In this document: piece by piece, positions 1-12,739 of the stretch
Numbering within the stretch: position 1 is the first letter of the stretch
How the letters are laid out: each line of letters starts with the position of its first letter
Assembly: GCA_011109175.1 (NCBI GenBank)
Contig: RDEW01000008.1
Span: 815,954 to 879,953, forward strand
Source: Dicyema japonicum
Lineage: Eukaryota > Animalia > Dicyemida
Direction: 5' to 3'
Length of the DNA stretch: 64,000 nucleotides
Made by a program: the position numbers and the translations under genes
Notes under the pieces: generated by a model
What the model was told of the DNA's origin: nothing
The model's database searches: none
The model's input: the letters and a program-made list of their open reading frames with translations, nothing else

Positions 1-567
1 ATTTTTAAATTATTTTCCGTGTTTTGCCAGCCAACAGTTGGTTTCATTTTCTTTGTAAAATATTGATGGATATTTCGATGTGGGCACAGATTTGAATGTT
101 TTGTGTACTTTTTCGAAACAAAAACTAACATAACGAGAATGATTTTTACATTACAGCAATATGACTTGAAGATTTTATGGACATGTGAATGCTGGATTAG
201 ACCACTCTTTGTGTGAAAGGATTTAACTTTCTTTCTCTATGTTTTTATATATTACTTCGAGCTGAGTTTTGTGTACTTAATAGGCTACTTCTATGATTTG
301 CATGTTTTATAATGTAATTTCGCGTGGATGCTGAGTTTTGATTTTGTTGTCGGGTTTTTTCGTCATTTTGAAATATAATAATGAAATTGAGAATTTATTG
401 TTTTTTATTCGTCCAGATGAGAATATCTCAGTAATCGCAAATATTTTTAATATTGCTTTTTGTCTTGGTTTGGGTGTATTTGATAATTCTATTTTGAATG
501 CAACATTATCAGTAATGTAGTTGATTAAAGATGATATATTTAGGTTTTTCATAATTTGTCACGTAAA

Positions 568-960
568 GGTTGACAAATTAATAGAGAAACTGCAAATTAA
601 TAGAGAAACTGTAAATAACAATTTTTAACAGCCAAAGTAGCATTTTTATTTCACATCTAAGATTTAAAAAATAATAAGTTTTTATAAAATTTATTTATTA
701 AGAATGAAATAGTCATTCTATTTTATGTTTTAAAACTTCGATCTTTAGAGAGAATCTTTGATACTATCGAAATAGCTCTTTCAACAGAAACAGAACTTGC
801 TCTCTAGTTCTTAAAGTTGCATAGACATATATGGTGGAAGACTTTTATTCGGATATTATATTATTTCCAAAATCCCAGTTATTTGAAGTTTTTGGCTAAA
901 TTCTGAAATACTCTCAATGTAAATTCCCGACATCAAACTAATGTGATTTTTTAAAGTACA
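568..960 (-). mobile_element. Decayed hAT transposon 3' remnant
   Basis: Minus strand encodes RASSVSVERAISIVSKILSKDRSF, resembling the hAT dimerisation motif (ASSxxVERxFS). The end near 568 (TAAAGGTTGAC) carries a duplicated AAATTAATAGAGAAACTG subterminal repeat. Boundaries approximate. Confidence 0.3.
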
Positions 961-1339
961 ATTTTGCATTAATATGATACATATCACATGAAAAATATAA
1001 GCATAGAACAATTTAAGTGAATTTCCGGCTAAAAATAATATTATATACCACTAGTCACATATCGCAAAATAAGGAGGCCGGGATTACCCGACGGCCATGT
1101 ATTCCCTTTTAATTTGTCGGTGATTATTGATTTTAAATAAAAAAGTATTAAAGAAGGTGAATATTTTAATTTAAACAAAAAAGTTACAATCTATGTTGAC
1201 TACAAACTCTGAATATTTCTTGCATAAAAATGGCTTTATATGTTTGTGCCCAGCCATCAACCAACAAATATAATTAACACGTGTCTTGTTTTTTTATTAA
1301 CCCAAAATCACCAACAGTTAATTAAAGGAATTAATTAAT

Positions 1340-1640
1340 TAGGTGATTCCTATAAACTCTGAAGAAACTACTTAACTTTTCCCGATGTTGGACTTTTGAT
1401 CCAGCACGGCTACGGATTGGGCGGGGAGGAACGAGTATCTGGTAAGATGTCACGAAGACACTTGTTTTTTTAATTTAATGAATCATCCCAACTTGTAGTT
1501 GGCAGAACTTGTCATTTCGGGAATGCGATAGTGGGAACATGATACACTAACCGTTTACTACCATCAATTCACTCAAACACTATAATCGAGATATGGACAT
1601 CAGCCTTCTCAGTCAAAATTCTCCAACGAAAAATAAAGCT
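1340..1640 (+). mobile_element. Possible Merlin/ISXO2-like transposase remnant
   Basis: Fragments LGGEERVSGK and RLLPSIHSNTIIEIWTSAF resemble the Merlin motifs FGGxERxSGK and LxPxIxxxxxPGTxIxSDxWxAY. Broken by stops; weak. Confidence 0.2.
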
Positions 1641-2379
1641 ATTAGAAACTAGAATGAGAATGATATGAAAAAAATAGTAAAAAATATTAATTATTTTAAT
1701 AATTTATTCGATTTAATATTTAAATAATAGAATTTAAATTTTAAATCCACGCTTTTAAGTGTCACTTGTACTTTCTTTAGTGGCCATTTTGAAAACATTC
1801 TGGTCAATCCGGAAAGTAACATAATATTGCCAATTTCGGATCATGGCATACATTTAAGATGAACTTAAATGTTTTATATGATGATTTGATAGGGACATAT
1901 GAGTTATAATGATTTCCCATCTTTCTGATAAACTTACTATATATTGCTATTGTGTTTAAAATTTTTCTGTTTTTTAAATAAAATATCAACATATATTGGG
2001 TTCGTTCTTTCTAGAATTTTCTTACTAAGTTCTCCACGTGGTGTTAGCTAAGAATTTGTGAAGTGTTTAATCAACTTTCTACCAATAAATTTATTCTTCG
2101 TTAACAAAAGGTAATCATTCCGTTTATTGACAATTTAATTCCTAAAAAGGACACAAATGCCTTTCCAGTTTTAGACTTAAACATTCCGAAATTATGTTAC
2201 CCTCATAATTGGGACACACAGAAGTGTTGAGGTTGTATGTTTAATCTCGACGGGGATTTTATCATCGTCGATGTGGATCCCAACACTTTGATCGAGAATT
2301 GATTTATGCGCTGCTTCCATCAGATCTTCTAGCAATAAGACACGCGAACTTAATCTCCTTAGTGAACCTAGGGATGTTA

Positions 2380-2680
2380 GATAGGAATGAGCCAAATCTA
2401 AATTCGAATCTGTCATGCCCAAATTGGATGGCCTCTATTTTAAGGAGAAATAACCATTCTTTAAATTAAAATGGCAGAAATCTATCCGAAATAAAGCAGT
2501 CCTTACACGATGATCTATTTAAGAGATCAACCCTTACACGACATAGTAACAAGTTAATATAGAAGACCATAATGTTTTTATTTTGTTGTCGCACAACATT
2601 TAACTGAGATCTATTCAGACAGTCACTAAATCTATAGATTGTATTGTTTCAAATTGACTATTATTGAATCAACATCTTAG
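2380..2680. repeat. Unclassified ~290-bp dispersed repeat, copy 1 (copy 2 at ~5870-6140, same orientation)
   Basis: Shared blocks include TTCGAATCTGTCA(T/A)GCCCAAATTGGA, AGAGATCAACCCTTACACGACATAGTAACAA and TTGTCGCACAACATTTA. Confidence 0.7.
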
Positions 2681-2689
2681 AAGAAGCAA

Positions 2690-4330
2690 GCGTAAGATCG
2701 GGCGAGGACGTCTTGTCGTTTGCTTTATAAGGAGTCCTTGTATGAATATAGGGTTGTTTAATATCACAAGATTATTCAGGTTCAATAGTAAGTGGATTTC
2801 CTGGAGTCTTCCGGTTGGTTTTTGAATTCTTCGCGTTCAGGTCTCCACATAAAAACAGGTTATTGGTATGGTCGATATCTGGCAGTGAAAAATGGAACTA
2901 TCGAGTAGGATTTGGTTACAGGAACCTGTAAGAATTTTCCAAAGCAAAAGAATTAGCAACAGAAACACAAATTTAGTATTTATAATATAATTGAATAATC
3001 AGCAATTAGAGTATTAATTTCCTCTTTTTGGAAATTGGGAAGTCTGATTTCAGTTCGCTGATCTAATGTATTCTATTTTGGAGACGGGGGAGTTACCTTC
3101 CTAACGTCGATTTTCAACTATTCGATTAACCAAAATGTGATACCGTTATTATGGACACAGGCACTAATACGGCCAATACTGAAACCTAGAAGACCAAAAT
3201 ATGACCAGCGTCTTTTAGACTGACGTCATTACTATGTTCCATGTAAAAAATCCTGGAGAGGCTTGTGCTCGGGAGAATAAAAGAATTTTTAGCAGAGAGG
3301 CTTTTTCGACATGGATTCAAAAATGAGAGATCCACATCTATATAATTACAAACATTGATCGACTTCATTAGAGTCGGATTTTCAAAAAAGCCGAGACACT
3401 TAAAAACAGAGCTCTGCTCTATCGACATACATAAAGCTTTCTCGAGGAAGATTCTATCAAGAAAAATATTTCAATCGGAGATCCCAGGGAAGCTAAAGCT
3501 GCTTGCCTCGGAGGTCTGAAATCAATCTCACAACTCCTCCCCAACGGAGTCCTTAATACCTGCTCTGTTTAACCTCTTTCTGGCCGATTTTCCGACTTTT
3601 GAATCTGATAATGATGTTCTACTCTCCTATATGGATGATATTGTGTTGCTTTCGCAAGATCGGGACATCCAGAAGGCCACAGAAAAAATACAAATTAACC
3701 TGGACAGACTTAATGCCTGGATAATAGAAAACCGGCTCATGGTGAATGCAGAGAAGTCATCTACGTCCCTCTTTACCTCTGACAAAAGATTGGGAAGGAA
3801 GACAGTTACCTTGATGTTAAACAAAGTCGACATCCTTTTCACCAGATGTCAAAGGATCTTGGGTGTGACAATTTATACGCATTTCCGTTTGACATCACAC
3901 TTAAAATGTGAAAAGAAACTGAACGTATTGAAAAGTTTATAAAGAATATGGAAGTAGTACTCACCCAGTCTTAATGAACGTGTACAAACAGTACATAGAG
4001 CCATGTTTCTCATATGCATGCGCATCGTGGGGACCGTCCATATTTTGGACAAATATGAGGAAAATTGAGGAAATGCAAAAGAGGGCTTTCAGAGTAACGG
4101 AGCGTTGGATTTGTGAAGATCACCAAATCAGACCGACGCCTCTGGAGGCCCTTATAAGACTAGAGTCCAGATCACGGGAAGATGGCCCTGAAAAATCAGT
4201 CAGCCGTCCTGTACGTTCATACACGGGCACGAGTGAAGAACACCGGCAAAGATGAGGTCGTTGTTAGAATGCATCGGGATCATGCGATAATTAGTTTGGT
4301 TTTTTACCGTGGTCTTGGGTTGTTAAATAA
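2690..4330 (+). mobile_element. Decayed non-LTR retrotransposon (LINE family A), RT domain and 3' end
   Basis: RT motifs in broken frames: ALIRPILKP..RLTSLLCS, LFNLFLADF, YMDDIVLLS..IENRLMVNAEKS..ILGVT, then VYKQYIEPCFSYACASWG. Many stops and frameshifts. Confidence 0.75.
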
Positions 4331-4569
4331 ATATGGTTGCAGTTTTTTCACAAATATCTTAGTACGTTTAGTTAGTTACCCCGACCACACTAATATGTAG
4401 GGTCTTTGGTAAGCCAGCACAAACAGTCACAACTAGGACAATTATCGCCCTAAAATGCCATTTTTTGATTTTAAATGCAATAATTTGTTTGAGTTGCCAT
4501 AAATACCATTTTTAACTTTTAATTTTTTTTTAAATCAATAACAATTTATTGAAGAATAAAACCAAATAG

Positions 4570-4895
4570 TTAAAGGCTACTGGCTGCTCTCAGGATTGAG
4601 AGCGCATTTCCCCTTAAGATCTGTAAGGAGATGCGCTCAATGAGCCAGCCCTTTTCTCTGACATTTCTTTTCCTCTTAGCGACTAACGATCCAATTTTGT
4701 TGAGCAGGGCTAACGACCTGCTTCCTATGACTCCCGAAGTTTCGACTGCGACTGGTTCAAATGTGTAATGCTCGCCGAGGCATGTGTACTTCTTTGCTTT
4801 AAGTATTTCTGCTTTCTCTGCAACTGAGCCTGGATTTGTCGCACTCATTGTAATATTGGAAGGGAGAAGCTATCTACGCAGGTGGCATCCCAGGC
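4570..4895 (-). mobile_element. CRE-clade RLE non-LTR retrotransposon, 5'-truncated 3' fragment
   Basis: WDATCVDSF..PGSVAEKAEILKAKKY..FEPVAVETSGVIG..WLIERISLQILRGNA is the C-terminal restriction-like endonuclease region typical of CRE elements. Confidence 0.8.
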
Positions 4896-4914
4896 CACTT
4901 TTAATTAATTATTT

Positions 4915-5015
4915 AAGATTGCAGCTGTCCGCGGAAACGCTTACTCCTTAATGTTAGCAGCCGCTCTCCCCCATAGTTAATAAATAATATTTTATCGTTA
5001 AATAAATGAATTAAT
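4915..5015 (+). mobile_element. CRE-clade element extreme 3' tip (second subfamily)
   Basis: IAAVRGNAYSLMLAAALPHS* followed by an AT-rich tail; near-identical to the copy at 15845-15965 (opposite strand). Confidence 0.65.
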
Positions 5016-5269
5016 CATTCTAATAAGCCTTCCCATATTTTCGGAAAACCCCGGTAACCTTCATCTGAGGATTTGGTCAGAGAAGATAGGAACGTAATTC
5101 AGATACAATTTTAATAATTTCGGAAGATTCTGGGAGTAATATTCGGCTGCTTTTAGTCAGCTTCCCCATCTTGTGAGAACACCTTAGGGTAGATTTCCTA
5201 TTTGTGAGAACATTTCACAGCGTCTTTTGTTTTTCATCGTGGCAGCCTTTAAAGAAGAAATCAGGTTAC

Positions 5270-5730
5270 AACATCTGTGAAGTAGATTTTATTCTTTGTG
5301 TAATAGGTGTGAAACAAAAGTGACGTGGAAAAGATTTGGAAGATCAAAAAGCATTCTGTTTTGAGCACTGTATATTAACAATTTATTGAACCATGCATCT
5401 CTCATGCATGTGGTATATGGGGCCCATTCATCTTTTGGACGAATGTCTTGAAGATCGAGGCTAGCCGGAAAAGAGCCTCCAAAATCACGGAACGCTGGAT
5501 TTCTGGAGAGTTCCAGCCACCAATTCCTCTTGAAGGCTTGATAAGAGTTAACCATGGAACGCGCCGTCGTGATTGCGAAGGTTTAGTCACTCGCCCGATA
5601 CGTGCTTGTGTAGGGTCGAGGAAAGAGCATCGAGCCAAAATGAGGTCCCTGCTTGAGCGTGCTGGTTATTATTATTAAATTATATTTAATTGCTTAGTTT
5701 GTGTAACCGTGGTCTCTGGTGTTATTATTA
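5270..5730. mobile_element. LINE family A fragment in two orientations
   Basis: About 5380-5730 on + matches 3990-4330 (EPCISHACGIWGP, RASKITERWI). About 5270-5345 matches the minus-strand copy at 15570-15640 (shared AAAAGTGACGTGGAAAAGATTT). Confidence 0.55.
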
Positions 5731-5860
5731 TTATTAAATTATATTTAATTGCATTTTATTGCGATTCGTGGAACCTTCCACCTGGTGAACAGCAGCGAGA
5801 ATCGAACAAGTGACCTAAGTCACTTTGCCCGACACCTAACCACTATGTCACCTGGCTAAC
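5730..5860 (-). mobile_element. tRNA-derived SINE-like element, copy 1
   Basis: Minus strand GCCAGGTGACATAGTGGTTAGG (A-box-like) and GTTCGATTC (B-box). The cloverleaf stems do not pair. It is followed by a GTGGAAGGTTCCAC hairpin and an (AAT)n tail. Homologous head at 45012-45080. Confidence 0.4.
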
Positions 5861-5869
5861 CTGAGGATG

Positions 5870-6140
5870 TTAAATAGGAGTTAGCCAATATCTATATTCG
5901 AATCTGTCAAGCCCAAATTGGAGGACCTATACCTTAAAGAGAAATAACAGTTTTTATATTAAAATGACAGAGGTCGATTCAAAAGAGATCAACCCTTACA
6001 CGACATAGTAACAACTTAATATAGGATAGACTATAATGTTTATATATTCTTGTCGCACAACATTTATCCTAGATCTAGTCAAACAGACATGAAATCCGTA
6101 GATTTCTTGTGTCAAATTAACGATTATTTCAATCAAGTTA
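5870..6140. repeat. Unclassified dispersed repeat, copy 2 of 2380-2680
   Basis: Direct alignment of long shared blocks with 2380-2680. Confidence 0.7.
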
Positions 6141-6580
6141 ATCAAAGTCCAATAAGATGGCCTCGAGACTGAAAATCCTATCCTGTAGCCGAATCTGGAC
6201 GACGCTTACTTTGTCAACAATTGACAAGGGTTAAAAGTAAATCGGTAACCAAACTTGTTAGCAACAAAAATTAAGGCCGTTAAAAATCGAATATAAAGAG
6301 AACACAAAATACAATCACACAAATTAAATTTAAAATTTAAATTTATAAATTAAAAATATTCTTATTTATTAAATAAAAATTCACACAAAACTTACTGACA
6401 TTATTTTTTCAAATTTCTAGCCAAAGTTCAATTAACTCACAAAATAATCAAAGTCGATGCTTAAATAAAAAAATATTTTATTAAAAATAATAGAATTAAC
6501 AAAGACTTTTTATTAAGAAAAATACATTTCCAAACACTGAATTTTTCTAATCGTGTGCTGTTGTGCTTAAAATACGGAAA

Positions 6581-9236
6581 ATGACGGCAGAAGTGGCTGA
6601 GAATGATTATATGAAGGAAATGACTAAATTAAAACAGAAACTGGATATACCCTGCTACGATAAGTGCATTAATCTATTTTCAAGACTCATCGGCAAATTC
6701 TCGAATGAGGTGGACTTTGTTGCTCTATTTTAGGGAAAAATTAACTGTTGTTGTGCCTCCTCCATTTTTATAACCCTCAAATCGGCCTTAAACGATAATA
6801 AGAGGAGGTTCAGCATCAAAGAGCTCCTGAAGGCTGCAGAAATTAAGTATTTTGTTTCCTCACTGTCTAGTCTGTCGTCGTTTTTGTTAACGACCGTTCA
6901 GTTTGTCACCATGGATGGATGTTTGGGGATGAAGGATGTTGTCCACGGAGTTTACAAGACAACCATCGTTGGTGTCCTTTTACACTACGACTATCAATTC
7001 TACGGCAACAAACTAGTCAGTTTTCTCTCAGAAAAGCGACATTTCAGCACATGGAAGACTAACAGCAGGTTGTACTTTTTTTATTATGAAGGTCCTCGAA
7101 CGAGGACCTGCTGAAATTTGGGTGGACGTTGATTTGCCATTACCGGGGTTTGTGCAGTTTTTATTGTTAGAGTTGAGCCGACTGACAGCTCTGAGTTACC
7201 CCAAGAGTTTCATTTTGATGTCCTGTGTTTTCTATTTGTTGTACCTTGGAGTCTCCACTCAGGAGGAAGGGGTCCTCAACCTCGATGACTTAGATGAGGG
7301 GACAAGACTGGAACCTTTCATAAGATTAATGGGAGACAATTTCGACCTCTCCCAACTCAGGGAGTTCAATGTCCATAGTTTCCGTCCCTATTTGAACTCC
7401 CGCTTGAAGGAACAGACTCTTACCTCAATTTCCGACAAAGCCGCAGGAATACTGCATTCTTCCCTCTTTGAGAGGAATAAGTTCTCTCTTAACTTTAATA
7501 CAGGAAGTCCATCGACTCCCAGTACGAGATGTTGGTCATCCAGAACTTTAGTTTTGATGGAAGGATTTTTATGACTCCCAATTCGGATCTGATGGGGGAT
7601 TTGGACATCTTTTGTCATCTCGTCCAGGTTTTTAGACCACGTGTATTATAGTCATCTTGCTTGGACTCTCAGAACTGCGAAAAAGTATTAGAACTGATTG
7701 AAGGGACTCGTCCTTCTCCCTCCTCTGCTGTATTAGATATCATTAGGTGGTTTATGTGGTAATTCCAGTCTCCGGGATAATTCTATCGTAAAAATGATCA
7801 TACAGGTGGTGGATAAACTCGAGGACCGGTTTAACTGTAGTTTGACAGCGGTCTGCTGTAGATTTTATTATAGTCGGGACTGGGAGATGAAATGAGCACG
7901 TGTGTAAGTGACCTAAATGTAGTGAAGAGGTTGTTCTATTATCTATTCCAAACCACGTTCATGTATGAGTACAAGTTGGCTGAATCCGCTGACCAAAACT
8001 CTGATTTTTGGGTTTTTTGGTGAATTATTCAGTTTCTCTGGTACAACCCAGTCATTGTGAAATGTATATTCGCTGCTGCAACCAACGTGGTCCTGTTGTG
8101 CTTCCACGTGGACAAGTACCTCGTTTTGTGAGCTTAGACCGATTTCGTGGATTCTGGAAATCTGTGAGATCGAGTCTTTCGACTTTGTGAAAGTGATTGA
8201 GGGACTCATCAGGGCTGATCAGAACAGTCACGGGTCGATGAACAGCTACATGATCCGACAACTTATTATGGTGGTCTAGGACTTATTTGGCAGATTGAGG
8301 AAGTCATGCTGGGATATTACACGTGGCTTCCGGATTCTAAGGTTTGGACCGACGTCTGTCAGGGATCTCTCATACAGATTCCGCCTGCAGTCGATGTAGT
8401 CGTTGTGGTGATGTTATAGGTGTTCTATCCAAATCAGATCAGCAGTTTCGGTTTATTGGTGGTTGTATGATAGAGAGGAAGAGTGGAGAACCGAAACAGT
8501 TGAAAAGAGGGGGGTCCATCGGGATATTTCTACGTAAGGTCTACTTCATGGCCACCACGCGGATAACTGATCTCACGGGTCTCCTGGATCTCCCGAAGGA
8601 CACGATTCAGTTTGTCTGGTCAGTCTTTCAACATTGTCTTCTACACTTTCCCACCATTCTTATTGGAAGGAATGTCGATCACATCATCCTCTGCTCTTTC
8701 TATGGGGTGATTCGTCTGTTTAAGTACAGCCTGAAGTTTAAGGATATTCTTGGTATGTACAAGTTATGCAATTGGTCAACAAATGACGTTGTTGTGATAG
8801 TAATATCCTAGATATCGTTTAATGTTCTGCTGACTGAAGTGAGTCCTTCTATCTTTGGAGAGAGTGATTGTTGCTTTGGGGACATAATAATGTACTACAA
8901 TAGTTTGTTTCTCCCAAAAATGATGAAATATTTGAATTCACTGTTGGATAAGGTTTGTTTTTGACTAAGGTGACAGGAGTGTGATCTTTATCCCATCCCT
9001 TTGCTGGCAGCCTTCACTTCCCCAGTGAAGGTGATTCGTCCCAAGCATATATTTCTCTCCCCCCATAAACCGGTAAATGATTGTTCGTCGCATGATTACT
9101 CATATATTATTAATAAGAGTCCAGCGAAGGTGAGTATATGATGTAATCGTAGGATTTGCACTCTATTAATGAGATGCTTCGTGGGAATTCTCATCAGATT
9201 AGGAGAAAACTTAGAATGAATGATAAAGATGATTAA
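6581..9236 (+). CDS. RB1: Retinoblastoma-family pocket protein, multi-exon with micro-introns (RB1 vs RBL1/2 orthology unresolved)
   Basis: Spliced translation gives pocket A ISWILEICEIESFDFVKVIEGLIRA..IEEVMLGYYTWLPDSKVW and pocket B SIGIFLRKVYFMATTRITDL..VWSVFQHCL..RNVDHIILCSFYGVIRL..LKFKDI, then GDIIMYYNSLFLP and C-terminal LHSINEML..KLRMNDKDD*. Introns include 6710-6733 and 6847-6870. A few internal junctions are unresolved. Confidence 0.9.
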
Positions 9237-11155
9237 TTTTATTGATCTCTCTTATTTGAATGGTGTATATTCTATTATTATTCGCACTATATTTGATATG
9301 TTTTTTAGTAGTAAGGGACATATCACTGGTGGAAAGAACTGATGATGTGAAAAGAGGGCTGAGGAACTAAGGGCTTTGTGATGAATGAATTTTTTTTTAT
9401 TGGCAACAATCGAATTAACTGTCATCGTTCACTTGTTGATGCAAATTTATTCCAATTTTTGGCAGGGCTGAATTCAAGAGGAATGTCGGTATATCCGAGA
9501 CGTACTTACCTTAGAAACTTCGTCCTCTTGAATTTGCCATTTTGTTAATGGGATTGCTATAATTTGTGATGTTTTGGATCCCAAAGTTCTCTATGACTTT
9601 CCAGTAACAATCACAATTGTTTAACATAAAATGGTGTAATTCTCATATAAGGGATTTATAGAGTAATGTGCCCTTGTTCCTCTTTAAGACAAAAATGTAA
9701 AGAAGGACCTAGAATCTTCATTGGTTCAATGGGAGCACTCGTACGCACAACAAACTGATGAACTTACCGAGTCGTGCAAAACAAGCCCTCACGAAGGGCG
9801 TGGAGAATCACACAGTTGACGTTGTTAATTGCGGAATTGAGATCACTTTGTCACAGTCAGACATACAACACTTGCAATGACTGATCCAACCAGGAGGTAG
9901 AGCGTGGTGGTTGGTTCTCAAATTAATTTTTCAAAGTGGTATTGGGATTCCTATTATAAGTAAAAAACTAAGTTTATGCGAATTTTGATAAGTTTTTTTT
10001 GACAAAATCGTATCTATGTAGGTCAATAATTTCAGAAATTCGTAATAAATGTTGAATTTAACAGATTTTGAGGTTAAATAAGCTATTGAACCGAGGATCT
10101 CGGGAAAACCGAGTTCACTTAGTCGGGTATTTCTTTCTCATCGTGTCGTATAAATCCTAATTAGGATTTTCTTGAGACAGACAAGGCGAATGAACTCGGA
10201 AACCGATTCGACAGGAGTTTAGTGACCTCAAAGTAGATAATCGCTATTTAAGTCTTTCCAACTCTTCGGGGTCAATACGATTCTAAACATAGATAATTTC
10301 TTCTCTAAAACTCGATCAGTGACTTAATTCGCGGACATTAACAGAACAAGGAAGAGGACTATATTAGTTGATAAGGATCTTTAGTGCGAGAGAGTTACGT
10401 CACGTGCTTAACTTCCAACCAGCTAATCGATATCTCTTACAATTGCACATAATTGATATTACATAAGTACTTTCAGGTGAACTTTATAGCCTCTTCCTTG
10501 CTCTTTGATTGGTAACCAGTGATATCATGGAGCCATGGCGGTTCCTGCTTTAGACATCAATTCCAGTGTTTTGGGTCATTATTTAGTACAAGTTAACATT
10601 TGGCTTGCACAAAAGCAGATCTTTCTTTGTCTGGACCCCCAGGACTCGATTTGAAAGTTAAGGATGCCACATATTAACGAAACTCAAGAAGCGAATCAGC
10701 TGTGGATTTCATTCCTACATAGCTACCTACCTAGTCGAAAAATTCCGTTCTGCTCTGTTCCTTCTTCAAATCCTAAGAGGGGTCAGTCGATCCACCTATT
10801 TCAGGAGACATCCATAGCCTAGCCATCATCCAAAAAAGATTTATCCATTCGCTATTCCATTAGATGAATTCCCAAAATGATTGATATGCATGAAGCTTGA
10901 ACAGGATGCGTTTCACACCGACAGGAAAAACTGGACATGCCCTAATTAGCAAACATCCCCCAAGAGGGTTGGGAGCTCGAATCATTGGTGGTCGGGCTTA
11001 TAAAATAAATAGGGAAGCTGTAAAATTTAATTATTATTTTTTAATTATATTTTCTCAATAATTAAATAATAAGATTATATTACTAAGAAGCATTAATATA
11101 AATTGAATTTTAATGAGGTTATTTGCGATTTAATTTAAGTCAGTGCTGAGTAAAG

Positions 11156-12672
11156 ATGGAAAAATCAAAAAAGTCGAGATTTAAAGTGACGAAGGTGCAT
11201 CAGAGTGAGGAAAAAACCATGTCCCAAAAGGGCGAAGACCTATTGAAGGTGATATCTTCTGTAAAGGATGCTAAAGATTGTTATGGCACATGGGATGATA
11301 ATGTAGCGATTTTATATCCAAAACCACAGTTATATAGCAGTTTGTCAAAAAAACCGATTCAAACTCAACTGATATGTCAACGAAAACATGGAATGAGGGG
11401 ATAAGATCAGTTAACTGGAAGAAACTCCACACAGACGTGTCCGCCTCCAACATTCACAAGAGTTCCTCGCTCACTCGGGTCTCTCAATTTTTCAAGAGAC
11501 GAATGTCCAAACAATACTGCAAATACTGCGGACATTTGGTAGGGTTCTTCACTAATTGATAGCATGCCTCCGGTACCTGCCGTTCGGGATCCCTCAGTCT
11601 GCTCACTGGTGCCCACATACACCGTACTGGTCACATATAACCTTTAGCTCAACAACTTTTCCCCTATTTTCTTCAAAGTCACAGTATTTACGACCTGATG
11701 CCAATTAACAGCAAAGTTGTGGTTATGAGCACAAGTCTCGAAGTAAGCTCATCCTTATTTCAGATCATTCATGCTATATCTGCTATTTTGAACAACTCCA
11801 TTCGATCTCTTTTTCTCTATGACCCGATCAAGGACGGACTCGTGGGTAATCGGTCTCCTTTTATTTTTAGGGATATTGACCCTGACTGATCTGTTCAACT
11901 TCTACAAGAGAATCGTAAAGGATCAGTCTTTTGACTTTACTATCTTCGAAAAAACCACAATCCGGACCTGTCTTGGTTATGTTGGGTTAGCTGACTATAG
12001 AAACCCTTTGGGGGGATGATTTGCCCGATCTTCTCAGAGTTAGTCCGGATTTGACTTTATTTGACGGAGTATTTCAACTTATGAACTCTCTCTGTCATCG
12101 ACTCCCAGTAATGACCAGGGATAACAATATCCTCTACGTATTCACGTACAAGCGAGTCCTTAGATTCCTCTATTATTCAGTTTGTGTGTTTAATAATCCA
12201 AGACTGTGGGGAAAAGCGTCCCCGGTACCATGTACCATTCAATGCAGCAGATTGGGGTCGGCACATTTGGTGGACTCATAACAGTGGATGCTAACAGTCC
12301 TCTGAAGGCTGTTCTGGATGCTCTTGAGAACAAGAAAATATCAGCAGTTCCCCTGATTGACGATAAAGGGAGATTGATTGGGCAGCTGTCGAAACTTGAT
12401 ATCCTCATTTTATCAATGAGATTATCTGTTTTCTCTCCCGACGACATTACCGCACTGCATGCCTTGGATATCATCATGAAAGTTTGGTTTGTTGTGAACC
12501 TCAGGTAGAGCCGAGAAGGCTGGTGATGTGCAAGAGATCGGACACGTTCATTAACGTGTGGGAGAAGATGTTGCAACTGCAGGCAAGCAGGGCCTTTTTT
12601 ATTGACGAACATCGCAGGTTGATTGGAGTGGTCTCTGTGTGTGACATTGTCAACCACCTGACATTTGGATGA
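11156..12672 (+). CDS. PRKAG: AMP-activated protein kinase gamma subunit (4 CBS domains), multi-exon
   Basis: FLQSHSIYDLMPINSKVVVMSTSLE, GILTLTDL, VSPDLTLFDGVFQLMNSLCHRLPV..LYVFTYKRVLRFL, KKISAVPLIDDKG..LSKLDI, LIGVVSVCDIV. At least 7 introns of 21-25 nt. The N-terminal exon structure is less certain. Confidence 0.9.
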
Positions 12673-12739
12673 CTAATAATCTGATATATTTATTTTAATA
12701 ATCTCCTCTCTATCGATTATTGTTTACCTTTGATTATCT

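Noticed and set aside
1075-1125. Small hairpin plus AATTTGTC resembling a U7 snRNA Sm site
   Set aside because: No 3' hairpin follows the putative Sm site and the order of elements is wrong.
5787-5857. Functional tRNA gene
   Set aside because: Acceptor, anticodon and T stems do not pair in either copy; kept only as a SINE-like head.
8170-8215. CTGATGAG...CGAAA on the minus strand resembling a hammerhead core
   Set aside because: Stem II does not pair and the site lies in a conserved Rb exon.
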